DNA of 32,000 nucleotides, taken from NCBI GenBank assembly GCA_963692945.1, contig OY843585.1, positions 120,001 to 152,000 on the forward strand, written 5' to 3'. This document shows, piece by piece, positions 6,637 to 15,449 of the stretch (positions are counted from its first letter, which is position 1; every line of letters begins with the position of its first letter). The position numbers were made by a program, and so were the translations under genes. This DNA comes from Bdellovibrionales bacterium (GTDB lineage Bacteria; Bdellovibrionota; Bdellovibrionia; Bdellovibrionales; UBA1609). The notes below the pieces were generated by a model that saw only the letters and a list, made by a program, of their open reading frames with translations, did no database searches and was not told where the DNA came from.

Positions 6637-7768
6637 AAGTAAAGAGCTTTTAGAAAGTAACATATATAATAAAAGAATAGATATCTGTGAAGCTAATGTA
6701 AAACAATGTCATAACACTTGTAATACTGCTCTAGAACAATTCCGTGACAAATTTAAAAGGTGTTTTTATGTTTCCAGTTTTAAAGATGCCGTTAATGAAA
6801 ACTCTAAATGTGAGAAGCACATTGTGAACATCTCTATAAAGTATAAAGAGATTCTAACACAAATTAAAGATAGATTTTTTGATAGCAGTTCTACTAAAAA
6901 ATTGTATGAACCATCAACGGATGAATATTTATTAATTACAAAAGGAGCTTCAATAGATCATTTTCCAAATTGCGAAACAATAATAAACAAAACCATAGAA
7001 AACAACGAGGATAAAATAAAAGCAAGAGCCAAGTTTTATGCAGAACAAGCTTGTTTGGCTAAAAACTCTAAAGACCCTAATAAACCATCGTCAACAGCAA
7101 GTTTAGCAGGTGGTAGCTCAGGTAACAGCCAAGAGGACTCTTCTTCGTATAATGGGTTACCCCCCCCCAATTCTCAACCCCCTTCTTATTCTCAAGGAGG
7201 AACTGGATATAATGTAAGAACGACTTCTAACCCATCAGGAAGTTCTCCATCATCAAGAAATCCTTACAAATCCAATGGCGACCCATACGATTTAGAAAAA
7301 TTCCTTAAAGAAAGAAACAAAATGGCCAAAGACGACGAAACCCCTGATGGTCTTGAAGACACCGACAAAAAAACAAAAGACTTAGTGCCTGGGATAAATG
7401 ATGATAACAAGTTGACGGAAACAGATGAAGAATCAAAAAACAATCTTGCCAGTTCAGCCCTTCAGAAATCTACATCAGAAACACCCTCCGAAACAATGAG
7501 CACATGGCAAACTGTGAAAACAAGATTTTTTGGCTCAAGTTCAAAATCCAAAAAAACAAGTCGTGGTTCTTATTTACCAAAAGGTTTTGGGAAACGAAAC
7601 CTAGCTTCCAATCAAAAACCAGTGACACTAACTCAAACCTATCGTTCTAGAGATTCAGGAACAAAATCACCTATTGGTAGTGCCAATCAAAATATTTTTG
7701 AAATGGTTTCCAACTCCATGAATCATTTCTGTGTTACAAAAATCAAAAACTGTTACACCAGCTTTTAA
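6608..7768 (+). CDS. Continuation of the Cys-rich protein in frame 2 (no credible independent start); Ser/Pro/Gly-rich disordered middle
   Basis: Frame 2 is open from 6608. It has no ATG and only a GTG at 6824 without an SD. The Cys-rich pattern continues (HQCKSK, DICEANVKQCHNTCN, KRCF, SKCEKH). Removing one A in either run fuses 5605..7768 into 720 codons. Confidence 0.6.
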   Translation, partial: KNIKNPHQCKSKELLESNIYNKRIDICEANVKQCHNTCNTALEQFRDKFKRCFYVSSFKDAVNENSKCEKHIVNISIKYKEILTQIKDRFFDSSSTKKLYEPSTDEYLLITKGASIDHFPNCETIINKTIENNEDKIKARAKFYAEQACLAKNSKDPNKPSSTASLAGGSSGNSQEDSSSYNGLPPPNSQPPSYSQGGTGYNVRTTSNPSGSSPSSRNPYKSNGDPYDLEKFLKERNKMAKDDETPDGLEDTDKKTKDLVPGINDDNKLTETDEESKNNLASSALQKSTSETPSETMSTWQTVKTRFFGSSSKSKKTSRGSYLPKGFGKRNLASNQKPVTLTQTYRSRDSGTKSPIGSANQNIFEMVSNSMNHFCVTKIKNCYTSF

Positions 7769-7889
7769 CAAAACTCTAGTGTGTGAATTTTTATTTTCAC
7801 GAGCTTTTCATCGCAAGAGAGACGTTCTTCAAATCTCGTTAAAATAAGAGTAAGAAAATATCTAAGTAACTGAACTAGAGTTTTTTTAA
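7764..7889 (+). repeat. Nested-inverted-repeat element between convergent genes
   Basis: TIRs TTTAACAAAACTCTAGTGTG (7764-7783) and TGAACTAGAGTTTTTTTAA (7871-7889). Inner stem 7791-7803 / 7835-7847 (one mismatch). Core 7805-7833. Confidence 0.85.
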
Positions 7890-8678
7890 CTTTTCAAACT
7901 TTTGGTAAAGAGATAAAAACTGATTAGAAGAAAGTTCCTCAGCTCTTGTATTAAAACTCCAATTTTTATCTGTAAAAAATCTTTCCCACTCTATCAGAAA
8001 ATCTTTAGGAAGCTGTTTAATTAATTTTTTTCTTCTTTGAGCAAAACAAGATTTAATAAATTGTAAAAAACTCTTTTTATCCACAATAGAAACCAATTTC
8101 TTAGGTTTAAAACTTAACACCACCCCGTCCACTTCAGGAACAGGATAAAAATTATTTTTACCAACATGGATCATCCATTCTATATCCCAAAAAATTTGAG
8201 ACAAAACAGAAAGAAGTCCATAACTTTTTGTATGAGTTTTAGCTAAAATACGCTCGGACACTTCTTTTTGAACCATTAAGATCATCTGTGCTGGAGATTC
8301 TTTAAGAAGACTCATTTCTAAAATAAGAGAACCTGCAATTTGATAAGGTAAATTACCAAATAAAGTAAAGGGGGATGGGATTTGATTCCAATTGAATTTT
8401 AAAGCATCACTACAAAAAACAGAAAAACCTTTTTCCTTCCAATAAGAATCTAATTTTTGATCTCTTTCAATAAGAAAAATCTGATCTTTCTCAGAGTTAA
8501 AAAAATGTGTTAAAGCACCTAGACCAGGACCCACCTCCACCCAAGGAGGAGAACTGCTTTTCACCTTGTTCACTATCTTCAAAACTATCTCTTCATTTAT
8601 TAAAAAATTTTGTCCTAATTTTTTATTAGGTTTTATATCTAATTCTTTCAATTTGATTTTTAATTTTTGTAAATTCAT
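7875..8678 (-). CDS. rsmA: 16S rRNA (adenine1518/1519-N6)-dimethyltransferase
   Basis: KKLGQNFL motif, SAM-binding VEVGPGLGALT, NLPYQI motif. 267 aa. Confidence 0.92.
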   Translation of the reverse strand: MNLQKLKIKLKELDIKPNKKLGQNFLINEEIVLKIVNKVKSSSPPWVEVGPGLGALTHFFNSEKDQIFLIERDQKLDSYWKEKGFSVFCSDALKFNWNQIPSPFTLFGNLPYQIAGSLILEMSLLKESPAQMILMVQKEVSERILAKTHTKSYGLLSVLSQIFWDIEWMIHVGKNNFYPVPEVDGVVLSFKPKKLVSIVDKKSFLQFIKSCFAQRRKKLIKQLPKDFLIEWERFFTDKNWSFNTRAEELSSNQFLSLYQKFEKLKKL

Positions 8679-8713
8679 AATTTAAAAATAATTTTTCCTT
8701 ATGGTAAATACAA

Positions 8714-9748
8714 TTAAGAGGAGAAAAAATCTTTTTCCGTATGATGAGGAACACAAGGGATGTCTAAACTTGAAGATTGCCCTTTTAAAAAATAATGAAG
8801 TCCTGTAAAAGCAACCATGGCCGCATTGTCTGTGCAATAAACTTTCTCTGGGTAAAAACATTCCACTTGAGCTGACTTAGCCCATTTTTCTATTTTAGAT
8901 CTTAAACAAGTGTTAGCACTTACACCTCCACCAATTAAAATACGGTCACTTGGATATTTATTAAAAGCTCCCTTAAGTTTTTCTAGCAAATGATCTACAA
9001 TAACTTCTTGATAACTGGCACAAATTTCTGGCAAGTTCTCTTGAATCCATTCTTTTGATTTCTTAGATAACAAGCGGCGACCTGCACTTTTTATTCCAGA
9101 AAAGCTAAAATCTAAATCTTCTGTTTTAATTTTTGAAAATAAAGTGTTTTTTTGAAAATTTAATTTTTGAGAGTAAGAATCTATGTGAGGACCTCCAGGC
9201 CAAGGAAATCCTAACAATTTAGCAAATTTATCTAGAGCTTCCCCAGCAGCATCATCTAATGTTGAACCTAATAAAATAGAATCCCCCACACCTTTCACAT
9301 AAAATAAGGAACTATGCCCCCCACTAACCACCAAAGACAAAGAAGGAAATTTAAGAGGTTTAAAAGTGTGTTGAGATTTTTGACTCCAAAGATAAGAGCT
9401 AAATAAGTGGGCTTCAATATGATTAACTCCTATAAGAGGTTTATCCCACACCATACTAAGCGTTTTAGCTGTCACACAACCCACTAAAAGAGCTCCTAAA
9501 AGACCCGGCCGATTTGTAACTCCTATAACATCAATTTGTTCTTTTGGAACAACCTTTAAAGCCTCTTCTATGATAGGGAGAAGATAATAACCATGATTAC
9601 GACTGGCTAACTCAGGAACAATGCCACCATATTTTTGATGAATGTCATCTTGACTTTGATTTTTTAAAAATAAAACCTCTGCTTTATCTGTAACCAAAGA
9701 AACAGAAGTGTCATCACAACTTGTTTCTATACCTAAACATATAGGCAT
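8714..9748 (-). CDS. tsaD: tRNA N6-adenosine threonylcarbamoyltransferase
   Basis: LGIETSCDDTSV N-terminus, NHIEAHL metal-binding motif, GGVSAN motif. 344 aa. Confidence 0.93.
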   Translation of the reverse strand: MPICLGIETSCDDTSVSLVTDKAEVLFLKNQSQDDIHQKYGGIVPELASRNHGYYLLPIIEEALKVVPKEQIDVIGVTNRPGLLGALLVGCVTAKTLSMVWDKPLIGVNHIEAHLFSSYLWSQKSQHTFKPLKFPSLSLVVSGGHSSLFYVKGVGDSILLGSTLDDAAGEALDKFAKLLGFPWPGGPHIDSYSQKLNFQKNTLFSKIKTEDLDFSFSGIKSAGRRLLSKKSKEWIQENLPEICASYQEVIVDHLLEKLKGAFNKYPSDRILIGGGVSANTCLRSKIEKWAKSAQVECFYPEKVYCTDNAAMVAFTGLHYFLKGQSSSLDIPCVPHHTEKDFFSS

Positions 9749-9749
9749 C

Positions 9750-10478
9750 TTATTGTTTTTTTAATCTTTGTTTAGCTTTTTCAACCCAAGAAGATGTAGG
9801 GTAGGTTTTTATAATTTCTTTATAAAAAACTTGAGACTCTGGTAACATTTTTAAATACCTAAAAGATTCTCCCATATAATAAGTAGCCTCTATAATATAG
9901 ATTCCTTTAGGATTTTTATTCCGATAATCTTGAAACTTAGTGATAGCACTTTGCCAAGACTTTTCAGAGTACAATTTTTTAGCCTCAATAAAGGATTGAG
10001 AAGATGTATCCTTTTTTTGAGAACCTTCTTTATCTGACTTGTTCTGGATTTTTTCTTCTAACTTTATATCTTTCACAGGTTTTTCTTGGGAATCTTGATT
10101 TTTTAAAACAGTTTCTGGATCCTCATCACTAAAGTGGATGGCATCATCAGATATTTCTTCTGTCAAAATTTGCACTTTAGAATTCACTTTATCCCTATTG
10201 ACTGAAGATTTATTAGCAATAAGACGATCTATTTTCTTTTCTAAATTAGAAATCTTAACTCGTAAGACCTTATAACTTTCAACAACATTTTGCATCTTTT
10301 CTGAAATAAAAGCGAAATCATCCTTATCTAAATTAGCAACACTTCTTAAAGTATCCACAATGTCTTGCTTAGAAGAATAGCGATTCTTTTTTATAACACT
10401 ATCATAATGAGAAGTTTTTTTAGTTGTAGAGCAATTAACACAAAAAAAGAAAATCATTAAAAAAGTAAATCTTTTCAT
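9750..10478 (-). CDS. YbgF/CpoB-like protein (signal peptide, coiled coil, C-terminal TPR-like domain)
   Basis: N-terminal hydrophobic signal with Cys, central coiled coil and acidic linker. The C-terminal ~80 aa (AKKLYSEKSWQSAITKFQDY...YYMGESF...KTYPTSSWVEKAKQRL) resembles the YbgF TPR domain. Lies downstream of pal. Confidence 0.55.
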   Translation of the reverse strand: MKRFTFLMIFFFCVNCSTTKKTSHYDSVIKKNRYSSKQDIVDTLRSVANLDKDDFAFISEKMQNVVESYKVLRVKISNLEKKIDRLIANKSSVNRDKVNSKVQILTEEISDDAIHFSDEDPETVLKNQDSQEKPVKDIKLEEKIQNKSDKEGSQKKDTSSQSFIEAKKLYSEKSWQSAITKFQDYRNKNPKGIYIIEATYYMGESFRYLKMLPESQVFYKEIIKTYPTSSWVEKAKQRLKKQ

Positions 10479-10535
10479 AACTTTTTACTCCAGTTAAGAG
10501 ATTACCATAAAAACCTATCCGAGTTAATGTTTCTG

Positions 10536-10844
10536 TCACAAACTGTAGTCTCCCTTTTTATATCTAGTCCATCTCGTTAAATCTTCCGATTTTTCGGCCA
10601 TTTCTAGACATTGATTAAAATAATCCTTAGCCTGTCCATACAACCTTTTATCAAAAGAATGACTACCTTTTCTATAGAAATAAACCGCTTTTCTATACAA
10701 TTTAGGGTTGTATTTATTAGCTTCAAATTTTTTAGCCGCCTGAAGAGCTGTACGAGCTAAACTGTATTCCTTAACAGGCGGAGTTCCTGCACAAGAAATC
10801 AAAAATAACATCCAAAATAAAGTACTTATATAATACTTAATCAT
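10536..10844 (-). CDS. Small lipoprotein (DUF4398-like helical protein)
   Basis: Lipobox LISC-AG. 102 aa. Its start overlaps the pal stop by 1 nt (TAATG), suggesting an operon. Confidence 0.6.
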   Translation of the reverse strand: MIKYYISTLFWMLFLISCAGTPPVKEYSLARTALQAAKKFEANKYNPKLYRKAVYFYRKGSHSFDKRLYGQAKDYFNQCLEMAEKSEDLTRWTRYKKGDYSL

Positions 10845-11362
10845 TATTTATATATAGGGACAAAATTGACTCGCCGATTTAATGAATTATCTGTCTGAGA
10901 AAGTGGCTTTTCTTCCCCGTAACTTATAATACTCATTCTATCTTTACGAATTCCTATAGATACAAGATAATTCAAAACCTTTTCGGCACGTCTTTGCCCT
11001 AAACCAATATTATAAGATTCAGAACCTAAAAAATCACAATGTCCTTCTAATTCTATCCTTTTCACTTGAGCATTGTTATCAAACCAACTTTTATTATCTT
11101 TTAAAATTTGTTTCGTTTTAGCAGATAAACCAGAAGAATCTAAATCAAAAAACACTGTACTTAAACCACTGATAGAACCTGAATCACTTCCACGACTCCC
11201 ACTATCTATATCTACATTACTGATATCCTCAGCACCCACTCCTTCTATGATATTTTTTCCTTGCATTTTATCTTTCATTTTTTGCAAATACGAACAAGAT
11301 ACTAAAGATATAAAACAAGTGGTTAAAATTAAACTTTTCAAAAAAAGAATTGCTCTCTGCAT
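10844..11362 (-). CDS. pal: Peptidoglycan-associated lipoprotein (OmpA-family C-terminal domain)
   Basis: I place the start at the ATG at 11362 (MQRAILF...LVSC lipobox) with a GAGGGGG SD upstream. The tracked 231-aa ORF is an upstream over-extension. OmpA-like motif ELEGHCDFLGSESYNIGLGQRRAEKV. Confidence 0.85.
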   Translation of the reverse strand: MQRAILFLKSLILTTCFISLVSCSYLQKMKDKMQGKNIIEGVGAEDISNVDIDSGSRGSDSGSISGLSTVFFDLDSSGLSAKTKQILKDNKSWFDNNAQVKRIELEGHCDFLGSESYNIGLGQRRAEKVLNYLVSIGIRKDRMSIISYGEEKPLSQTDNSLNRRVNFVPIYK

Positions 11363-11435
11363 TATACGGCCCCCTCTTGACGATACAAACGATTGACCCT
11401 TAAAATTATATAGAAAATAGGAATAAGGAGCAAGC

Positions 11436-11972
11436 ATGAAATTAGAAACAACAAAGTCCTGGATTGAAAAATGTCTGATAGAAAAAAACTCCAAAACCTC
11501 AAATCTCATTGTAACCCAAGCAGAACTTAAAGAAATCACAAATGAAGTGCTTTTAGATTTACGATCTATTTTTGAACACTTTGTAGAAGCTTTTAACGAT
11601 TTAAAGTCTTCTCTTTTACAAAATACTGAAAAACATAAATGGATTGACCAAAAAGAGGGGCTTCCTTTTTCCCTTTTACGATCTATTCATATCTACGATG
11701 TTGTTGATAAAGAAAATGGTTTTATGTTATTTCGGAAAGGGCATCGCCTTATTTTTACACCAGAAAAAGCAGGTCGCATTCATATTCAACTCATCAAAAA
11801 AGAAAATGAAACCATCATTAAACATATTGACACTTATATCAATGCTTTCCTCAACAACGTCATGTCTATTCAATGGACTCATGAAGATCACAAAGGGTTT
11901 GTGGATTTAAACACTCTGTCTCGCTATTATATGAAATGTTTTCTAACAGAAAGCGAAAAACTCACAAACTAG
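11436..11972 (+). CDS. Hypothetical cytoplasmic protein
   Basis: 178-aa ORF divergent from pal, GGAG-type SD (aataaGGAGcaagcATG). No family recognised. Confidence 0.55.
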   Translation: MKLETTKSWIEKCLIEKNSKTSNLIVTQAELKEITNEVLLDLRSIFEHFVEAFNDLKSSLLQNTEKHKWIDQKEGLPFSLLRSIHIYDVVDKENGFMLFRKGHRLIFTPEKAGRIHIQLIKKENETIIKHIDTYINAFLNNVMSIQWTHEDHKGFVDLNTLSRYYMKCFLTESEKLTN

Positions 11973-12002
11973 TCTGCATTTAAAAGATCCAATTTATAAG
12001 GG

Positions 12003-13082
12003 TTACAAATCCTTAACAGCTTCACTCAAAGCAACTTCTGGATCTTCTTCCTCTTCAAATTGAGAGCAGTACTCAACAAAAGCAGATATACTTTTATTCA
12101 CTTGAGGAGAGTCAAATAACTTTTCAAACTCTCCCGTATTATGTTTATAAGAACGATAAGATAATAAACGAGCATTGTTCAGTTTGATTTTTGAAAAATA
12201 ATGATACGAATTGGTTTTCAAGTTAGGCTGTATATTCCTAAGAAAACGATTCTGAATGTCTTTTAATCTTTTTTGTTTCATTTCGGGAGTAACTTTTCCT
12301 TTATTTTGTTTATACCATTCATCCAACTCCCCATACTCCGTTGTCATAAAAGAAGAAAAAAGTAATTCATCTTCCCACTCTCCGTGCATTTTTTGTAAGG
12401 TCTCAGATTCCGCCCCTTCTTTTTCTAAATAAAATAATTCTGCAGATCTTCGCCCAACAAACTCTGCAAACCTCTCATTAAAATCAATGTGATCTTTAAA
12501 AAATAAAACTGTGTGAGCCAATTCATGAAACACAGTCACTACAAAATCACTTTCATCATAAGACAACATAGAAGATAAAATAGAATCTTCAAACCAATTT
12601 AAAGTGCTGTAAGCTGCTACACCTCTAACTAAAGTGTCATACTTGTCTTTTGGAAAAAACTTTGCAGCCTCCTTGGCTTTTTCCTTATCAAAAAAACCTT
12701 TATACGGAGTGTAACCTATGAACGGAAAATTCCATTTATAAGCTTTTAATTCATAAGCATAAGCCACTCGTAAAAGATAACTCACATAAGCTTCATCCAA
12801 CTTCACATAAGTGGAATAAATGTCCTCATCTATATCTAATTTTAATTTTTCAAGAGCAAATTTTTTAATTTGCGAAACCATTTTGAGTTTTTTTCGTTCA
12901 CTCTCAGTCAATTCATATTTTTCTAGAGCTTTTTCAATAGAAACCCTTTGGTTTAACAATTTGACCTGACCAAGACTGACATGTGCAAGATACTGCATAT
13001 CTTTGCAACCTGTAAGAAAAAGAAAGGAAAAAATTAGGATTTGTATTTTTTTATTTTTCTGTTTCACAAATAGGAACTCCAT
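12003..13082 (-). CDS. Putative zinc aminopeptidase lipoprotein (predicted-aminopeptidase family, HExxH)
   Basis: Lipobox FLTGC. VFHELAHTV metalloprotease motif. Overall resembles the 'predicted aminopeptidase' family (PF10023, from memory). Confidence 0.65.
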   Translation of the reverse strand: MEFLFVKQKNKKIQILIFSFLFLTGCKDMQYLAHVSLGQVKLLNQRVSIEKALEKYELTESERKKLKMVSQIKKFALEKLKLDIDEDIYSTYVKLDEAYVSYLLRVAYAYELKAYKWNFPFIGYTPYKGFFDKEKAKEAAKFFPKDKYDTLVRGVAAYSTLNWFEDSILSSMLSYDESDFVVTVFHELAHTVLFFKDHIDFNERFAEFVGRRSAELFYLEKEGAESETLQKMHGEWEDELLFSSFMTTEYGELDEWYKQNKGKVTPEMKQKRLKDIQNRFLRNIQPNLKTNSYHYFSKIKLNNARLLSYRSYKHNTGEFEKLFDSPQVNKSISAFVEYCSQFEEEEDPEVALSEAVKDL

Positions 13083-13136
13083 CTACAAGTTTTTAAAAGT
13101 ATCATTTCATCTTTCAAAAATCAAAAAATACAAAAT

Positions 13137-13538
13137 CTATCGTTTAGAAAATTGAGTGCTTTTTCGGGCTTTATGACGTCCGTATTTCTTTCGTTCCACC
13201 ATTCTTGAATCTCTTGTTAAAAATTGATTCTTTTTAAGAGTAGCACGATAAGTTTCATCTACTTCCAGAAGAGCTCTTGCTAAAGCATGACGAATAGCTT
13301 CAGATTGACCTGTAAAACCACCACCTTTAACAGTTGCGAAAACATCAAAAGATTTTTGCACCCCTAAAACTTCTAAGGGACTTAGAACCGATTGATATTG
13401 TTTCTGTTTTACAAAATAATCTTTAAGAGATTGCTTACGGTTAACTGTAAAAGAACCTGTTCCAGACTTTAAAAACACCCGAGCTGAACTTGTTTTTCTG
13501 CGACCCGTGCCATAAAAGAAAGGTGATTTTTTTGTCAT
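13137..13538 (-). CDS. rpsI: 30S ribosomal protein S9
   Basis: GTGRRKTSSARV and C-terminal KKYGRHKARKSTQFSKR. Confidence 0.97.
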   Translation of the reverse strand: MTKKSPFFYGTGRRKTSSARVFLKSGTGSFTVNRKQSLKDYFVKQKQYQSVLSPLEVLGVQKSFDVFATVKGGGFTGQSEAIRHALARALLEVDETYRATLKKNQFLTRDSRMVERKKYGRHKARKSTQFSKR

Positions 13539-13548
13539 AATATTTCCT

Positions 13549-13968
13549 TCATAATTCCATCACTGTTAAATTTTTATCTTTATAAATATGTTCTGTATCT
13601 TTAAAAATCCTTAAATTCTTTAAAAATTTTGGCCGATGATTGTTTTTTGGTAACATACCCTGAACTGCTTTTTTAATTAACTCTTCCGTCCCTAAATCTC
13701 TGGCAGACCATTCTTTTATGGAGCCTATATAACGGGAGTGAGTATAGTATTTTTTATCCTGCCATTTTTTACCAGTTAAAACGACTTTATCAGAGTTGAC
13801 AATAACAACATGGTCTCCATTAGGAACATGAGATGTATATTCAGGCTTATATTTGCCAGATAACAATTGAGCCACAACACTGGCTAAGCGTCCAAGAGAT
13901 TTCCCAGAAGCATCTATAATCTTCCAATCACTTTGAACATTTATAGGTTTTTTAATCCAAGTTTTCAT
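13549..13968 (-). CDS. rplM: 50S ribosomal protein L13
   Basis: W.IIDASGKSLGRLAS, HTPHV-like, MLPKN motifs. Conserved rplM-rpsI order. Confidence 0.97.
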   Translation of the reverse strand: MKTWIKKPINVQSDWKIIDASGKSLGRLASVVAQLLSGKYKPEYTSHVPNGDHVVIVNSDKVVLTGKKWQDKKYYTHSRYIGSIKEWSARDLGTEELIKKAVQGMLPKNNHRPKFLKNLRIFKDTEHIYKDKNLTVMEL

Positions 13969-13995
13969 AAGCTTTTTCCTTAGAGTTTATCTTTT

Positions 13996-14766
13996 TTAAA
14001 GGCTAATACACGCTCTGTCAAGAACAGAAGGGTAAAAGACCTCTTTTAGATAAAGACCTTGGCTAGGAGCTGTTCCTAAAGCCTTTCTTCGGTCTTTGCT
14101 TTTTAAAATGACCTTAAGAGTTTCCTCAGGTTTATCCTCCTTGAGAAGGTCTATTTGCGTCCCTACAATGTTTCTCACCATCTGCTTTAAAAAACCAGAA
14201 CCTTTAATTTCATAACTGAACATATGAGGAGATATTTTTATCCAACAAGAAGAATAAATGGTCTTTACTGTACTCCCCACATCAGACCCTGCACTTTGAA
14301 AACTTTTAAAATCCTGAGTTCCTTTAAATACTTTTGCCATTTTTTGCAACTTTTTAAAACAAATGGGTTGCTTCACCCACCAAACATACTCTCTAAAAAG
14401 AGCTGGAGGTATAGGACTCACAAAAAGAAAAAATTGATAGATTTTTTTTTGAGCAGAAAAACGAGCATGAAAGTCCTCAGAAGTCTTCCACACCTCTAAA
14501 ATAGAAATATCTTTAGGGAGCAAATGATTAAGAGCTTGGAATAAATTGATTTTTCTTAAATCCTCTTCATCTATCTCAAAATGAGCCTGCTGCCCTATAG
14601 CATGAACACCTGCATCCGTTCTCCCAGAACCTATAACAGAAATAGGTTTTTGAAAAATTTCTTTTAAGGATTTTTCAAGTTCACCTTGTATGGTTTGTTG
14701 ATTTTTTTGTTTCTGCCATCCAAAGAAGTGAGTTCCTTTATAGGAAAGAAGCAACCTAATCTTCAT
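13996..14766 (-). CDS. truA: tRNA pseudouridine(38-40) synthase
   Basis: YKGTHFFGWQKQ and catalytic GSGRTDAGVHA motifs. 256 aa. Confidence 0.93.
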   Translation of the reverse strand: MKIRLLLSYKGTHFFGWQKQKNQQTIQGELEKSLKEIFQKPISVIGSGRTDAGVHAIGQQAHFEIDEEDLRKINLFQALNHLLPKDISILEVWKTSEDFHARFSAQKKIYQFFLFVSPIPPALFREYVWWVKQPICFKKLQKMAKVFKGTQDFKSFQSAGSDVGSTVKTIYSSCWIKISPHMFSYEIKGSGFLKQMVRNIVGTQIDLLKEDKPEETLKVILKSKDRRKALGTAPSQGLYLKEVFYPSVLDRACISL

Positions 14767-15440
14767 AGTTTGAAACTTAAACCAGCTTCACAAAAAGCCA
14801 ATTTGCTATCTAATTTGATTCCTGCTTTCTCTTCCCTATGGAACCAAGAACATTGACCTATAATTCCAATATCGTTGATTCCATAATCCTTGTCTAAGCT
14901 GTAAATCGCTATTTTATCTATCAGTTTAAAACTAAGAAACAAGCCGAAAGATATATAGGATTTAAACTTATTAGAAGGTTTCTCAAAAGAAATTTTCTCA
15001 CTCACCTTATAAGAAAAACAACGAGACCTTGCCAAACCAAACTCAACAAACGGAGTAAAATATTCAACATAAGTAAAAGCCCCTCGTAAACCTCCACGGT
15101 AAATTAAAGTTTGCAATGACTTTGAAGATTCACATTGAAACTGATTTTTATCATAGGCCTTCTTAAACCAATGAGCACCTAATCCTAAACTTATCTTAAA
15201 AAAATCTCTATACGATTGGGCTACAAGCTTGTTCATTTCTGGAATAAAAAAATGATATTGTAAGGAATAACCAGATACAATATTTTTCAAGTCAGGAAGA
15301 GATTTGTAATCTACAATTCCTCCTCCATAGAAACCACTTCTTTCCATAGAAGAAATAGGTTTATATTGAACCATTGCTAAACTAGGCATGAGCCAAAACC
15401 AACAAATGAAAAAAATTATCTTTTGTAAAATAGGAATCAT
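14763..15440 (-). CDS. Hypothetical outer-membrane beta-barrel-like protein
   Basis: Signal peptide, alternating hydrophobic/aromatic beta-strand pattern, C-terminal GLSFKL. 4-nt overlap with truA. Confidence 0.55.
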   Translation of the reverse strand: MIPILQKIIFFICWFWLMPSLAMVQYKPISSMERSGFYGGGIVDYKSLPDLKNIVSGYSLQYHFFIPEMNKLVAQSYRDFFKISLGLGAHWFKKAYDKNQFQCESSKSLQTLIYRGGLRGAFTYVEYFTPFVEFGLARSRCFSYKVSEKISFEKPSNKFKSYISFGLFLSFKLIDKIAIYSLDKDYGINDIGIIGQCSWFHREEKAGIKLDSKLAFCEAGLSFKL

Positions 15441-15449
15441 AAATCCTCC

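Noticed and set aside
7765-7889. TTAA at both ends of the third element, as a possible target-site duplication
   Set aside because: The other two copies end in TTAC/TTGA and TTAA/GTAA, so the TTAA pair is not consistent. It is probably just part of the AT-rich TIR consensus.
11073-11396. 107-aa ORF antisense to pal and the 5' extension of the pal ORF to 11539; other embedded ORFs at 5660-5863, 11644-11910, 14224-14499, 17245-17439, 20690-20953, 21708-21989, 23075-23281, 27270-27467, 28669-28920, 30215-30403 and 31445-31735
   Set aside because: All are embedded in stronger, homology-supported genes (31445-31735 lies inside tolB). pal has a lipobox start with an SD at 11362, which makes the upstream extension non-coding.
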